A DNA stretch of 64,000 bases from Bacteroidota bacterium (GTDB lineage Bacteria; Bacteroidota; Bacteroidia; Sphingobacteriales; Sphingobacteriaceae). A model generated the notes under the pieces. It was not told where the DNA came from, searched no databases, and saw nothing but the letters and a program-made list of their open reading frames with translations. This document shows positions 48,049 to 57,733 of this stretch, piece by piece (within the stretch, counting starts at the first letter, position 1; each line of letters starts with the position of its first letter). Position numbers and translations under genes: made by a program. Location of the stretch: positions 86,324 to 150,323 of the forward strand of contig JAZJZL010000157.1 in assembly GCA_040389845.1 (NCBI GenBank). Reading direction: 5' to 3'.

Positions 48049-48230
48049 AGGGCCCTAAAACAAAAAATCCCCTTAGATTTTTCTAAGAGGATTGTGTGCC
48101 TATATATTTTTAGTCAATACATGCCTATCCCCCCTGATAAATCAGTTCTGGTGCAAAAGCTTGTATTAGTATTTTATTCATGGTGCAATATTACAAAAAA
48201 TCTGGCAATCAACAATATATCTCAATGTTA

Positions 48231-48343
48231 TGGGCGTTCCCGCTGATAGAAGCGGTCGTGTTGTCCGCTCATACTGCACAGGCCTTAGCCACGGCCTGCC
48301 CTGAGGCCCGCGAACGGCTGGTATACGCTCCTATCACTAACGC
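48231..48343. repeat. Probable dispersed intergenic repeat (GGGCGTTCCC...CCGCTCATACTGCACAGG...CTATCACTAACGC)
   Basis: GC-rich structured block in AT-rich DNA that resembles repeats I recall from Mucilaginibacter genomes. Only one copy is in the window, so this is unverified. Confidence 0.4.
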
Positions 48344-48617
48344 AATTGTATGAACTAAGCTGCGTAAGATTTTTCACGATTTTTTTTATTTTCAAAGGCG
48401 TTCAGGAGAGCTACGCCGTTTGAGGGGTTTAAGATAAAGCTTTCAGCTTCATGTGCCAACCAATTGCCGCACCCAAATTTTTTTCTGCGCCACGCCCAGG
48501 TGCCCGTTTAAATTAGCACCCTATACCACTATGGTATAGCTGGTGGGCTTATTGATTTTAAATACTCAACATTTTACAATCATAGGAATATATGATATAG
48601 GGGTTCACACCATACTA

Positions 48618-50498
48618 TCACCAGCTAATTCCATACTCAATCACCGCCCGTATCTGCTGCATATTTGCAGGGATTTCATTCGGCAATAAACTTAACTGCA
48701 ACAGCCCGCTTCCCTTCAGTCCACCATAACTTTTAAGCCACTCCGTTGCAGAACCGAACTCATCAGTAGCCAATACTTCGGTTGATTTATCGGGCAATAT
48801 AACGCTCACGCCACTGCTGCCGGTCCAGAATCCGTACAGGCCGTATGTATTCCCGGTTTTTGTGGCAGTGTTAATATAAAGCCCGCGTATCTTTTGCTTG
48901 GGCGTGTAAGTAATATTGAAAATTTTTGATGGAATGTCATCATCGAACCCGATAACTGCGCCCGTGCTATCGCGTGCGTACGACGATGGGTTTGTTGAGA
49001 AAATAACAACTTTCCCCCCGGCATCCAGGTATTGCCTTACCAACGGCGCGCCGGATGAGGCCTTAACTATATTATCCGGGAATTTATTATCGGCAAAAAC
49101 CACTACACTTACTGCTTTTTTTGCCAACTGCTCCTGCATAAACTGTTGCAGCGTGGCAGCATCTAACAACTTATAACCTAATCTAACAAAGTAGTCTTTA
49201 AGATATTCATCAACGCCGGGTGAAAAATAGTCGTAATCGTTTTTGTTTTTTTCCTGCATGTAAACTGCTTTATTTACTTCGGCGAAGGCCAGGTTCGCAG
49301 TCATGCTACCTTGCAGTGCATAAAGCGTTCCGTTTTCGGCGCCGCAGTATACCACCCCGTCGTTTACTACCGGCGTGCAGAACGATTTGCTGCCTATCGG
49401 GAAGCACCATTTTTCAGTACCGGATGCAGCGTCCACGGCATGCAGGTTTCCGCTTACGTCAACATCAGTAAAATAAAGCATATCCCCTGCAATCGTAATG
49501 GAGGAAAAGATTGCGCTGGGCGCTTTAAATTTCCATTTTTCAATCCCGGTATTTAAATCGAGCGCCTGTACAAGGTAGTCGCTGCCGCAGGCTATGTAAG
49601 CCGTTTTATTTTTTATGGCTGTGCCGAGTATCCATGGGCCCTTATAGTTGTTACGCCATTTTTCTTTACCGGTTTCAAGGTCTAAAGCGTAAACAATACC
49701 GTCGCGACCGCCGGTTATTACCACACCATCGGCAATAGTCGGGTTGCAAAAAATGGATTTGCGGTCGTTATTCTGGCTTTCAAAAGTATTTTTAACGCCA
49801 TCCGTGGCAAATTGCCATTGCAGCTTGCCGGTGGCTTTATCAACCGAGATTACATACCCGGAATTGGCGCCGAAGACAACATGATTGCCGGATATAGCTG
49901 GTGCGGTTTTTATCCGCTCACCGGTGTTATATTTCCAAAGCAATTTGTGTGTGTTTATGTTGAAGGCAAATAAAAATCCGCTTCCTGTGCCCAGGTATAG
50001 GGTGGTTTTCTCAATTACAGGCGATGCGCCGTAATTGTCCCAGTAGTTTTCTTCGCCCAGATCTTTTCCAAGGGCATACTTCCATTGCAACTTGCCGGTA
50101 AGGGCGTTAATGGCGTAAAAGTTACGATCGCGGCTGGTAAAATATGCGGCAGACGCCGTAACAGCAGGTGATGAATGAACTGCCCCGCCGGTTTTAAATC
50201 TCCATTTCTCTGCGCCCGATTTGCTGTCAATTGCATAAAAATAACCGTCTCCGCTGCCGAAGTAAACCATCCCATTTGCAATGGCAGGTGTACTCCTGAC
50301 AGCACCGTTGGTATGGAACGCGAATTTTATCCCGTCGATTTTATAAACCGGTTTCTGGTTACTGACGCCGGTAAGCGATGGCGTATTTTTAAACATCGCC
50401 ACATCCTGGCTTCTTACATTTTGGCAGAAAGAAACGCTGCAAAATAGTGCCGCAGCAACTGCGGTGAGGATGCGGCTAAGATTGAATTTCTTTTTCAT
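48618..50498 (-). CDS. Secreted PQQ-like (BamB-type) beta-propeller protein with extra C-terminal domain
   Basis: Repeated AxDxxTGxxxW motifs (YAIDSKSGAEKW, YAINALTGKLQW, YALDLETGKEKW). Start refined to MKKKFNL at 50498. Confidence 0.88.
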   Translation of the reverse strand: MKKKFNLSRILTAVAAALFCSVSFCQNVRSQDVAMFKNTPSLTGVSNQKPVYKIDGIKFAFHTNGAVRSTPAIANGMVYFGSGDGYFYAIDSKSGAEKWRFKTGGAVHSSPAVTASAAYFTSRDRNFYAINALTGKLQWKYALGKDLGEENYWDNYGASPVIEKTTLYLGTGSGFLFAFNINTHKLLWKYNTGERIKTAPAISGNHVVFGANSGYVISVDKATGKLQWQFATDGVKNTFESQNNDRKSIFCNPTIADGVVITGGRDGIVYALDLETGKEKWRNNYKGPWILGTAIKNKTAYIACGSDYLVQALDLNTGIEKWKFKAPSAIFSSITIAGDMLYFTDVDVSGNLHAVDAASGTEKWCFPIGSKSFCTPVVNDGVVYCGAENGTLYALQGSMTANLAFAEVNKAVYMQEKNKNDYDYFSPGVDEYLKDYFVRLGYKLLDAATLQQFMQEQLAKKAVSVVVFADNKFPDNIVKASSGAPLVRQYLDAGGKVVIFSTNPSSYARDSTGAVIGFDDDIPSKIFNITYTPKQKIRGLYINTATKTGNTYGLYGFWTGSSGVSVILPDKSTEVLATDEFGSATEWLKSYGGLKGSGLLQLSLLPNEIPANMQQIRAVIEYGISW

Positions 50499-50653
50499 TA
50501 TGATTTTCCCGGTTTGGTTTAACGTGGTACAAACCTGGATAAAAAATAACACACCGCCCGTTCAAACAGCTTTCAAGTTTCGTTCAAAAATGCTCAAATA
50601 AAGTTCCTTAGCATTCACGATTTAAGTATATTACTCAAACCTTAGATGAAAAC

Positions 50654-50815
50654 GGCGCCGTTAGGCGCCTGATATTGGTAGAAATAAAAACGACGGATTT
50701 AACGTGCCGCAGGTACGGGATCTGTCCCGTCAAAAACCTGTATGCTGTGTTTCGTACCTACGGCACGCTAAATACTATTTGAAATCTTCTGCCAATATTT
50801 GACCCCGCCGGGGTC
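50654..50815. repeat. REPIN-like composite inverted element
   Basis: Outer hairpin+ATATTGGTAG ... CTGCCAATATT+hairpin, with an inner inverted pair CGTGCCGCAGGTACG / CGTACCTACGGCACG. Same design as 63363-63521. Confidence 0.8.
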
Positions 50816-50838
50816 GGCCTTATAACGCCGTACCTGTG

Positions 50839-50985
50839 TCACGACCGGCGAATAACCCCAAGCAGAAAAGCAATAACGGCTATTACCAATAAGATATGGA
50901 TAAGACCACCTAAAGCGTGGAAGAACAAACCGATTGCCCATCCTATAACCAGGATAACGGCAATAACATATAAAATACCTCTCAT
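50839..50985 (-). CDS. lmo0937-family (DUF5670-like) small membrane protein
   Basis: Hand translation: MRGILYVIAVILVIGWAIGLFFHALGGLIHILLVIAVIAFLLGVIRRS (48 aa), below the ORF-track cutoff. Confidence 0.85.
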   Translation of the reverse strand: MRGILYVIAVILVIGWAIGLFFHALGGLIHILLVIAVIAFLLGVIRRS

Positions 50986-51182
50986 AAGATTTAAATTTTA
51001 GTGATGAACCGATAAATGCGAAAGATGTTTTATTTTGATAACACTAAATTTAATGATATTGACCGTATCACTTTCCAGCAACTATCGATGAAATATAAAA
51101 TCAACAGGGCGATTTAATTAATTGATAAACAGGGGAATATTTTATATATTCCGCCATCAATTCAACCAGCAAAACTCACATT

Positions 51183-52118
51183 ATGCAAACAGCAGCAATT
51201 ATTGGCGGAGCCGGCTTTATAGGCAGCTACGTAACCAAAGCATTTTTAGAGAACGGTTATAAGGTGAGGGTTTCCTCGACAGATATCACCAACAAAGGTA
51301 AGTACCAGCATTTGCTGGAATCTTCTCACGCCGAAAACCTGGAGATTATTGCGGCCGACATGCGTGACATTGACAGCATAGAAAAGTTTGTGAGCGGTTG
51401 CGATATCGTTGTGCACGGCGGAACGCCTTTTATGCTGGACGTTAAAGACCCGCAAACCGAACTGTTCGAACCGACTATAAAAGGGACGGAGAATTTTTTA
51501 GCAGTAATTGCCAAAACTCCCGGCATAAAAAAGGTAGTATTTATCGCCTCCGTAGCTGCGTGGAATACCTCGTTCCCGCTTGCGCCGGCCACCTACCCGG
51601 CCGGGCATGTTTTTTCGGAAAAGGATACGCCATATATGAGCGACCAGGACCATCCCTATGCACAGGCGAAGTTTTTGGCTGACCAGGCTGTAAGAAAGTT
51701 CATCGCCGAAAACAAGGATTTAGCTTTCGAGATAACTACCGTATCGCCGGTGTGGGTAACCGGTAACAGTCTTTCGTTAAGATCGGATTCAACCTCGATG
51801 GGCATGCAATACCTGATAAAAAATAAGCTTGCCCCAAACCCATTCATCGAAATGCTGTATGCAACCAATGCCATGTTTGCGATGGTTGATGTGCGGGATG
51901 TGGCCCAATCAATTTTTAAAGCAGCCACTACCGGCGGACTGCATGGCAAAAATTATTTGATATCGGGCGAAAGCTACGCTGTATCGGACATTACACTCAT
52001 GCTCAACGGCGGCGCACCGGTCGCCGATGCGGCAATTGTTTATGACAGCAGCCTTGCGAAAGCGGACTTAGCCTTGTCGTTTATTGCGGCAAAGGACACC
52101 CTTAATAATTGTGTGTAG
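51183..52118 (+). CDS. NAD-dependent epimerase/dehydratase (dihydroflavonol reductase-like)
   Basis: IIGGAGFIGS, VVFIASVAA and YAQAK (YxxxK). Confidence 0.9.
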   Translation: MQTAAIIGGAGFIGSYVTKAFLENGYKVRVSSTDITNKGKYQHLLESSHAENLEIIAADMRDIDSIEKFVSGCDIVVHGGTPFMLDVKDPQTELFEPTIKGTENFLAVIAKTPGIKKVVFIASVAAWNTSFPLAPATYPAGHVFSEKDTPYMSDQDHPYAQAKFLADQAVRKFIAENKDLAFEITTVSPVWVTGNSLSLRSDSTSMGMQYLIKNKLAPNPFIEMLYATNAMFAMVDVRDVAQSIFKAATTGGLHGKNYLISGESYAVSDITLMLNGGAPVADAAIVYDSSLAKADLALSFIAAKDTLNNCV

Positions 52119-52254
52119 GGTTTTAGCAGCGTAACAAAATAGTGGCGCCCAAATGGCTATGTGCGACGACCAGCAAAACTATTTTACCAATCTTATTGCC
52201 TTTTTAAAGGATGTGGATTGTGGCAAGTTTGCGGCGGATAAGAAATAACTAAGG

Positions 52255-52348
52255 TTTGAACCATGATTTACTGGATTAAAAGATTGAAGGATTTTCTACG
52301 TTTAAGAAATCACGACAATCCTAAAATCAATCGAATCATGGTTCAGAC
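52255..52348. repeat. GGATT/AATCC hairpin element
   Basis: TGAACCATGATT...AATCATGGTTCA arms with internal GGATT/AATCC units. Confidence 0.7.
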
Positions 52349-52350
52349 AA

Positions 52351-53322
52351 TCATATCAACACCACCAGCCGCTTCCCGTCAGGCACCTCCAGTTCCCACA
52401 ACTCAGCAATGTTTTCCAGCTTAACTTCAGTGGTTTCAACCTTTATTTTCCCATCGGCCGCTAATTGAAACATCTCTGGTAATATTTCGGTAAATAACTG
52501 CCTTACCTGCTGCTTTGACCATGCGCCCAATCCCGAGCCGGATAATTGCAAATTAACGCTGCGGAGGCTGGCCGCGGACAGCTGTATATTATCCCCGGTT
52601 ATACTGCCTATTGATACGTACCGGGTGCGATGGGTAAACGCGCCCTTGCCCATAAGGCAGGCCAGTATCATTTCGGCGGTACGTCCCCACAGGTAATCGA
52701 TAATTATATCGATGGGTGTTTCGGAGTGAACTTTCTTCAGTTGTGCTTTAAAGCTGTCATCGTCCTGCATTACCGAAATCGTTTCATCGGCACCGATGGA
52801 TAACAAATCGTTTAATGATTGTTGATTCCTGCCGGTGGCTATCACTTTGCCTGCGCCGTAATGTTTCGCAATTTGTACCGCAATACGCCCTGTAAAGCCG
52901 GTTGCGCCGTTAATGAGCACTACATCGCCCGGCTGAATATCAGCCTTGAATTTCAATCCCATAGCCGAGCCGATAACCGCATTGGGTAAAGCGGCGGCTG
53001 TTGCATCAGCTATTCCTTCGGGAAGCTTTACGATGCGGTCTTTTTCGATAGTTGCTTTTTCGGCGAGCATGCCGCTTACGCCCATGCCGTAAACACGGGT
53101 ACCATCGGGCAACAGGCAAACGCCATCGCCGCCGGGAATACGGCCATCTTCTTTCGGTGCTTCGCTTGAATAATGTTTGCCGCTTGCCCGGCTTTTGTCT
53201 AAATGTTTCAGGGCGACCGCCTTAACAGTCACTAAAACTGCCTCTTCGTTTTGAACGGTTGGCTCTGCCGAGTTGGTATATTCAGGAAGCCCGCCTTTTT
53301 GATAAATTACTGCTGCTTTCAT
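52351..53322 (-). CDS. MDR-family (quinone oxidoreductase-like) oxidoreductase
   Basis: MKAAVIY...; VLINGATGFTG; IIIDYLWG. Start refined to 53322. Confidence 0.9.
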   Translation of the reverse strand: MKAAVIYQKGGLPEYTNSAEPTVQNEEAVLVTVKAVALKHLDKSRASGKHYSSEAPKEDGRIPGGDGVCLLPDGTRVYGMGVSGMLAEKATIEKDRIVKLPEGIADATAAALPNAVIGSAMGLKFKADIQPGDVVLINGATGFTGRIAVQIAKHYGAGKVIATGRNQQSLNDLLSIGADETISVMQDDDSFKAQLKKVHSETPIDIIIDYLWGRTAEMILACLMGKGAFTHRTRYVSIGSITGDNIQLSAASLRSVNLQLSGSGLGAWSKQQVRQLFTEILPEMFQLAADGKIKVETTEVKLENIAELWELEVPDGKRLVVLI

Positions 53323-53372
53323 TTTCTTAATGTTTTGATGCAGCAAAATTATGCCGGTGGTAAGGCATCCGC

Positions 53373-53388
53373 GATAACATATGTTATC
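53373..53388. promoter_or_regulatory. Perfect palindrome GATAACATATGTTATC, candidate Crp-family operator
   Basis: Lies between the Crp gene stop and the oxidoreductase. A TAATTTTG (-7 consensus) follows on the minus strand at 53344-53351. Confidence 0.6.
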
Positions 53389-53392
53389 AAGT

Positions 53393-53977
53393 TCAGAAAT
53401 GCAGCTTTCCCTTAGCCAACTTGCTTTTGATACGGCTGAGATGTACCGTTGAAACACCGAGATAGGAAGCGATATAATGTTGCGGCACCCGTTGTACAAT
53501 ATGCGGCCGCTGACTCAAGAGGTTTTGATAGCGCTGTTCGGGTGTATCGCGGATAAAGGAGAAAAACTCGTTCATGTAATGTGTTTGCCTGCCGGCGGAT
53601 ATCTGCATCATCAGGTGCACAAAATCAGGCTCGCTGGCAAGCTCATCCATTAACTGGTTTACATAGCGCTTCGGCAACAAATAAATCACTGATGGCTCGA
53701 TGGTCTCGACGGTAAGCAGGCTTGGCGTATTGTTTACAAAACTTTCGAACGAAGTTAATCCCTCATTCTCAAAAAAGAATTGCACGGTTTTGTCGTCGCC
53801 ATTATTGTTGAAAAATGCCCGCACGCAACCTTTTTCAATAAAGATATAATTTTGCGAGACCTTTCCCTCCTCCAATAAAACCGACTTTGACGGCACCTCC
53901 AGCCGGGTTTGAAACGGCAGGTATTTATCCAAATATTGATTAAGTTGCGGAAATTTATCTTTAAAATGGAAAAGCAT
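53393..53977 (-). CDS. Crp/Fnr family regulator
   Basis: cNMP-binding-like domain (FIEKGCVRAF) and TPEQRY...VPQHYIASYLGVSTVHLSRIK HTH. Confidence 0.92.
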   Translation of the reverse strand: MLFHFKDKFPQLNQYLDKYLPFQTRLEVPSKSVLLEEGKVSQNYIFIEKGCVRAFFNNNGDDKTVQFFFENEGLTSFESFVNNTPSLLTVETIEPSVIYLLPKRYVNQLMDELASEPDFVHLMMQISAGRQTHYMNEFFSFIRDTPEQRYQNLLSQRPHIVQRVPQHYIASYLGVSTVHLSRIKSKLAKGKLHF

Positions 53978-53983
53978 GGGCCA

Positions 53984-55447
53984 TTACTTATGCTTCTCCT
54001 GCCATTCGTGGTATTTACCTTCTAAAAATAGCGCACCGTCCTTTTGATATTCCGGCGTTGATACGGTAAAGTGGTCGCCGGGATAGTATTTGAAAATGAA
54101 TGCCGAGTTAAGCTTCTTCATCTCATCACCCAACATCATCACCGCATAATTCAGCAGGAAGTTATCCTGGTTGCCTACGGTTACACGTACTTTGCCGTCC
54201 AAATCGCCCTTGATTTTATCCCAGTTGGTGCGGAGGTATAAGGAGATATCATAATTTTTCCAATGCTCGAAAACGGCCGGATCAACAATCCCTGTTTTAA
54301 CGTCGATAATGCGCTTAGGCTCACCGTCTGCGCCCTTCTCGCTGAAAACGGCATCAATAGAGTGCATTTGTTCACCACGGTAAACAACGTTCTCCAAAGC
54401 ATAAGTATCGCGCATGCTAAACCATGGGAACACGCCATCAATGGTGCCAACCTGGTTTAATGTACTGTCTTTACCATAAAACATGTTTTGGCCTTCGTAC
54501 AGGTTAACCTTTAAAAAGCTGCGGAAATCTACCGGGTCCGGCGAGCTTGACCAGCAGCCATCAAATACTTTTGGGTAATGCGTTTGCAGCCAAAGCACTG
54601 TCCAGCCGCCGCTGCTATGGCCGTTTAGGAGGTGTGCACCGTTGCAGCGATAAGTTTTTTCCAATTGTGGTATCAGCTCTGTAGTTAATGCATCGCCCCA
54701 CGGGCCGTTGTTGTCGCTGTTCGCGTACACGCTATGGCCCAACCGACAATTACCGTCGAGGTAAACCTGTATTACGGCGGTAGTATCTAAAGGTGCAGAT
54801 GGATTATTATTGCCTGAATAACGGTGATAATCGCCGCCATAGCCGGAAACACTAAAACGTACCGGAAATTTGCGCTGCGGCTCGGTGAAATACTGCTTAG
54901 GCAAAATTACCGCTGCATTGATGGTCATGGGCTGGTGGCTAAAGTTGGTCAGCAATGCTGATGACACTTTTAGCTCCTTAACATATTGCGTCTCTTTGAA
55001 CACCGGTTCGGGGTTGGCCTTTAAAGCATAAAGCGTATATCCCTGGTTATAATTAGTGGTGAAAGTTGCCTTTTGAACTTCGCTGTAGATATTGCCGGGT
55101 GCCGAGCCGATAGAACGGCCACCGAGGTCCCGGTCGAAAACTACCTGCACATAATAGTTGCCACGCTCAAGCTCGGAAAGTCGTACCGGGTACGAAAAAG
55201 CTTCGTCGTCTATAACTACCGGCTTACCGGGTTTTACATTTTTTGCATATACCCTGTAGCAGGGGAACATATTTAACCCAACAGTGCCGTTTTTGGGTTG
55301 CTTATTATCCTTCGACAGGTATAGCAACACATTCCCGGTAAATGGCTGTTTTTGTAAACTATCGGAAGCATACACGCGGAATTTTTGTGCGAAAACGTTG
55401 GCAGCTAAATATAAAACTGCAAATAGCGTAATGGTAATTCGTTTCAT
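53984..55447 (-). CDS. Secreted alpha/beta-hydrolase (putative esterase)
   Basis: Nucleophile elbow GHSSGG, SSSPDPVDF and C-terminal GDH. Confidence 0.85.
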   Translation of the reverse strand: MKRITITLFAVLYLAANVFAQKFRVYASDSLQKQPFTGNVLLYLSKDNKQPKNGTVGLNMFPCYRVYAKNVKPGKPVVIDDEAFSYPVRLSELERGNYYVQVVFDRDLGGRSIGSAPGNIYSEVQKATFTTNYNQGYTLYALKANPEPVFKETQYVKELKVSSALLTNFSHQPMTINAAVILPKQYFTEPQRKFPVRFSVSGYGGDYHRYSGNNNPSAPLDTTAVIQVYLDGNCRLGHSVYANSDNNGPWGDALTTELIPQLEKTYRCNGAHLLNGHSSGGWTVLWLQTHYPKVFDGCWSSSPDPVDFRSFLKVNLYEGQNMFYGKDSTLNQVGTIDGVFPWFSMRDTYALENVVYRGEQMHSIDAVFSEKGADGEPKRIIDVKTGIVDPAVFEHWKNYDISLYLRTNWDKIKGDLDGKVRVTVGNQDNFLLNYAVMMLGDEMKKLNSAFIFKYYPGDHFTVSTPEYQKDGALFLEGKYHEWQEKHK

Positions 55448-55510
55448 GGGGTATCGTAATGAGTCAAATATAGGGTTTTGTTGTGACGCCGCATAAGCGA
55501 AGGATGTCGA

Positions 55511-56707
55511 TTATTTCTCCCCCGCAAAAACATTTTTTATCGCATCCAGATACCCGTACCCAAAAACATTATCCGGCTGCAGGTAGCTGGTTTCGGTCCA
55601 TTCGTTCCAACTGTTAATGGTTATTAGCGGCACTTGTTTAGGGTGGGTATCGGCATAGCTCTTGGCCATGCGGAGGGCCTTTTCGAAGTTTGCAGGCGTG
55701 TTGTTTCTTACAACCGCGCTTTTACCCGTCCGCGGACTATTATCCCAACCCACACTCACATGTGGATAATAGGTAAGCTGAAATGTAGAATCGATGTGGG
55801 CCCATTCCTTTTTGACGCCTTCCAGTATGTTCAGGTAATCATCATTCACATTTATAAAATGCGCAAACTGGTAATGAGTAGTGCTGGTAAACCCCAGCTT
55901 TTTTACAAATGCGTTCTCCGGGTTTTTCGTCTTGCTGCCATCAAAACCGCTGTAATTGGTATTGACAGACCACATGGTAAGTTGTAATTCCAGTCCTGGA
56001 AAACCAGCCCTTTTTGTCTCTTCCTTAAACCATTGCAGGGCATCGGCAGCCTGTTCCACGCCACCCAGGCCGGCAATCAGTTGTGGTACATCGTATATCA
56101 TAAATACAGGCTTGCCATCTATTTTATAATACTGCGGCAGCTTAAAATATTTTTCGATGTTACGTTTGCATATCTTCTCAAATTCCGGGCGACTTACTTT
56201 ACCCGTCCATATCACATTGTCTTCGTGATATTTGTTCAGGCGGGTATCCCAGGTATTCACCACATCGTGATTAGCCCACATCAGGTAGAATTTCATTTTG
56301 TCAACGTTCTCCGCTTTGAGAAAGCCGCTGTCTAAAGTGGTTTCCATAAATGGCCGTCCATCGTACCAGTACCAGTCGAAAATAAAAACATTCACGCCAT
56401 GGTTAACCGCCTGGTTTATCTCCATCGACATAATAGCCGGGTCCGCCTCGTTAATGGTGCCCCAAAGTGGTTTACGGTTCCAGTAATGGCCGGGGTACCT
56501 GTCCTGCATATTGATTACTGTTTCCCATTCGCCGATTCCCGATGGCCAGAAAGGGCGCAGGCGCGGGTCGCCGGTGGAGTAGGCCGGGTATAAAAAGGCC
56601 GCTACATCGTATTTTTGTTTTGCCTTAGGCGATTTGGTTTGGGCCAACGCCTGGCGATTAAAAAATAGAACTACGGTTATGAGTAATAGCAGTGCTTTTA
56701 GTTTCAT
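55511..56707 (-). CDS. GH99-like / WbsX-family glycoside hydrolase-like protein
   Basis: KPLWG, VFIFDWYWY, FYLMWANH, YYKIDGKPVF, VSVGWDNSPR and INSWNEWTETSYLQP. Confidence 0.88.
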   Translation of the reverse strand: MKLKALLLLITVVLFFNRQALAQTKSPKAKQKYDVAAFLYPAYSTGDPRLRPFWPSGIGEWETVINMQDRYPGHYWNRKPLWGTINEADPAIMSMEINQAVNHGVNVFIFDWYWYDGRPFMETTLDSGFLKAENVDKMKFYLMWANHDVVNTWDTRLNKYHEDNVIWTGKVSRPEFEKICKRNIEKYFKLPQYYKIDGKPVFMIYDVPQLIAGLGGVEQAADALQWFKEETKRAGFPGLELQLTMWSVNTNYSGFDGSKTKNPENAFVKKLGFTSTTHYQFAHFINVNDDYLNILEGVKKEWAHIDSTFQLTYYPHVSVGWDNSPRTGKSAVVRNNTPANFEKALRMAKSYADTHPKQVPLITINSWNEWTETSYLQPDNVFGYGYLDAIKNVFAGEK

Positions 56708-57081
56708 GGCAAGAGATTGTGGTGTTCAAACTTACCGGTTTTATTAGAGCAACCATCCTGCACTATCCTAATGATGTAATTCAACTTGATAGTTGCAGAT
56801 TCGATAAAAAATCTCTTAAAATGTGGAAAACAGGGTTAACACAACTTAACACATTTTGAATTTTAAATCGTATAAATAACTAATAATTAAATAGTTAAAA
56901 AAATGACCACAAAATAAACTTTTCAACATTTTTTTCAATTTAATAGCATTGGCATGCTTTGTGCGAAAAGCCACGTCACGCAGGCAATTAGCCAACCTTA
57001 ATGGCAGCGTATGCGACATGCCCCTGCGTTATGCTATCCTCTTGCCCACTAAATCACATTTCTCTACCTTTGATTCACTCC

Positions 57082-57657
57082 ATGAATACAGCATTCGAAA
57101 ACTATTTACGTCAGCAAACTGAATTAAGCGAAACTGATATTAATCGCATAAGCAGCATGGCTACTACCAGCAAATTGCGGCGTAATGAGTTTTTGCTGCG
57201 TGAGGGAGAGGTTTGCCGCCATAAAACATTTATCGTTAGCGGACTGCTGCGAACGTTCAGTATCACACCCGATGGCAATGAACATATCCTGCTGTTCTCT
57301 CCCGAAAACACCTGGACGCTGGAAGTAGAAAGCTACGACCGGGAAGCACCCGCACGCTCTGCCATTGATGCCATTGAGCCCAGCGAAGTGCTGTTATGGA
57401 ACAAGACCGATTTTAACAGCCTGCTGGAAATACCCCAACTGAGAAAATTTTCCGAACAACTGATTTCCCGCAGTATACACAGCAGCCGTCAGCGAATAAT
57501 TACTGCGTTAAGCGCGACACCCGAAGAGAAGTACGAAGACTTTTTACAGAACTATCCTGAATTGCTTTCCCGCCTGCCTTTGCGGATGATCGCCGCATAC
57601 CTCGGCGTTTCGCTCAAAACGCTTACCCGCATACGGCACGCGCAGTTGACGCGCTGA
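57082..57657 (+). CDS. Crp/Fnr family regulator
   Basis: LREGEVCRH..FIVSGLLR and TPEEKY...LPLRMIAAYLGVSLKTLTRIR. Start refined to 57082, after TACCTTTG (-7 consensus) at 57065. Confidence 0.92.
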   Translation: MNTAFENYLRQQTELSETDINRISSMATTSKLRRNEFLLREGEVCRHKTFIVSGLLRTFSITPDGNEHILLFSPENTWTLEVESYDREAPARSAIDAIEPSEVLLWNKTDFNSLLEIPQLRKFSEQLISRSIHSSRQRIITALSATPEEKYEDFLQNYPELLSRLPLRMIAAYLGVSLKTLTRIRHAQLTR

Positions 57658-57668
57658 TTTGCAATTAT

Positions 57669-57680
57669 GGTCAAATGACC
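57669..57680. promoter_or_regulatory. Inverted repeat GGTCA-AA-TGACC, candidate Crp-family operator
   Basis: Same relative position as the 53373 palindrome: just after the Crp stop and upstream of the oxidoreductase. Confidence 0.55.
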
Positions 57681-57733
57681 ACGTTTTAAAACCGCCTGCT
57701 CTGCAACTTTGTACTTCATAAAATTACTATCCT

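Noticed and set aside
48019-48100. Intact tRNA gene
   Set aside because: The sequence 5' of the T-arm cannot form D or anticodon arms or the acceptor 5' strand, so it is reported as an att-like fragment.
56950-56964. Sigma-54 promoter TGGCATGCTTTGTGC upstream of the Crp gene
   Set aside because: It has one mismatch at the -12 element, and a perfect sigma-70-type TACCTTTG lies closer to the start codon.
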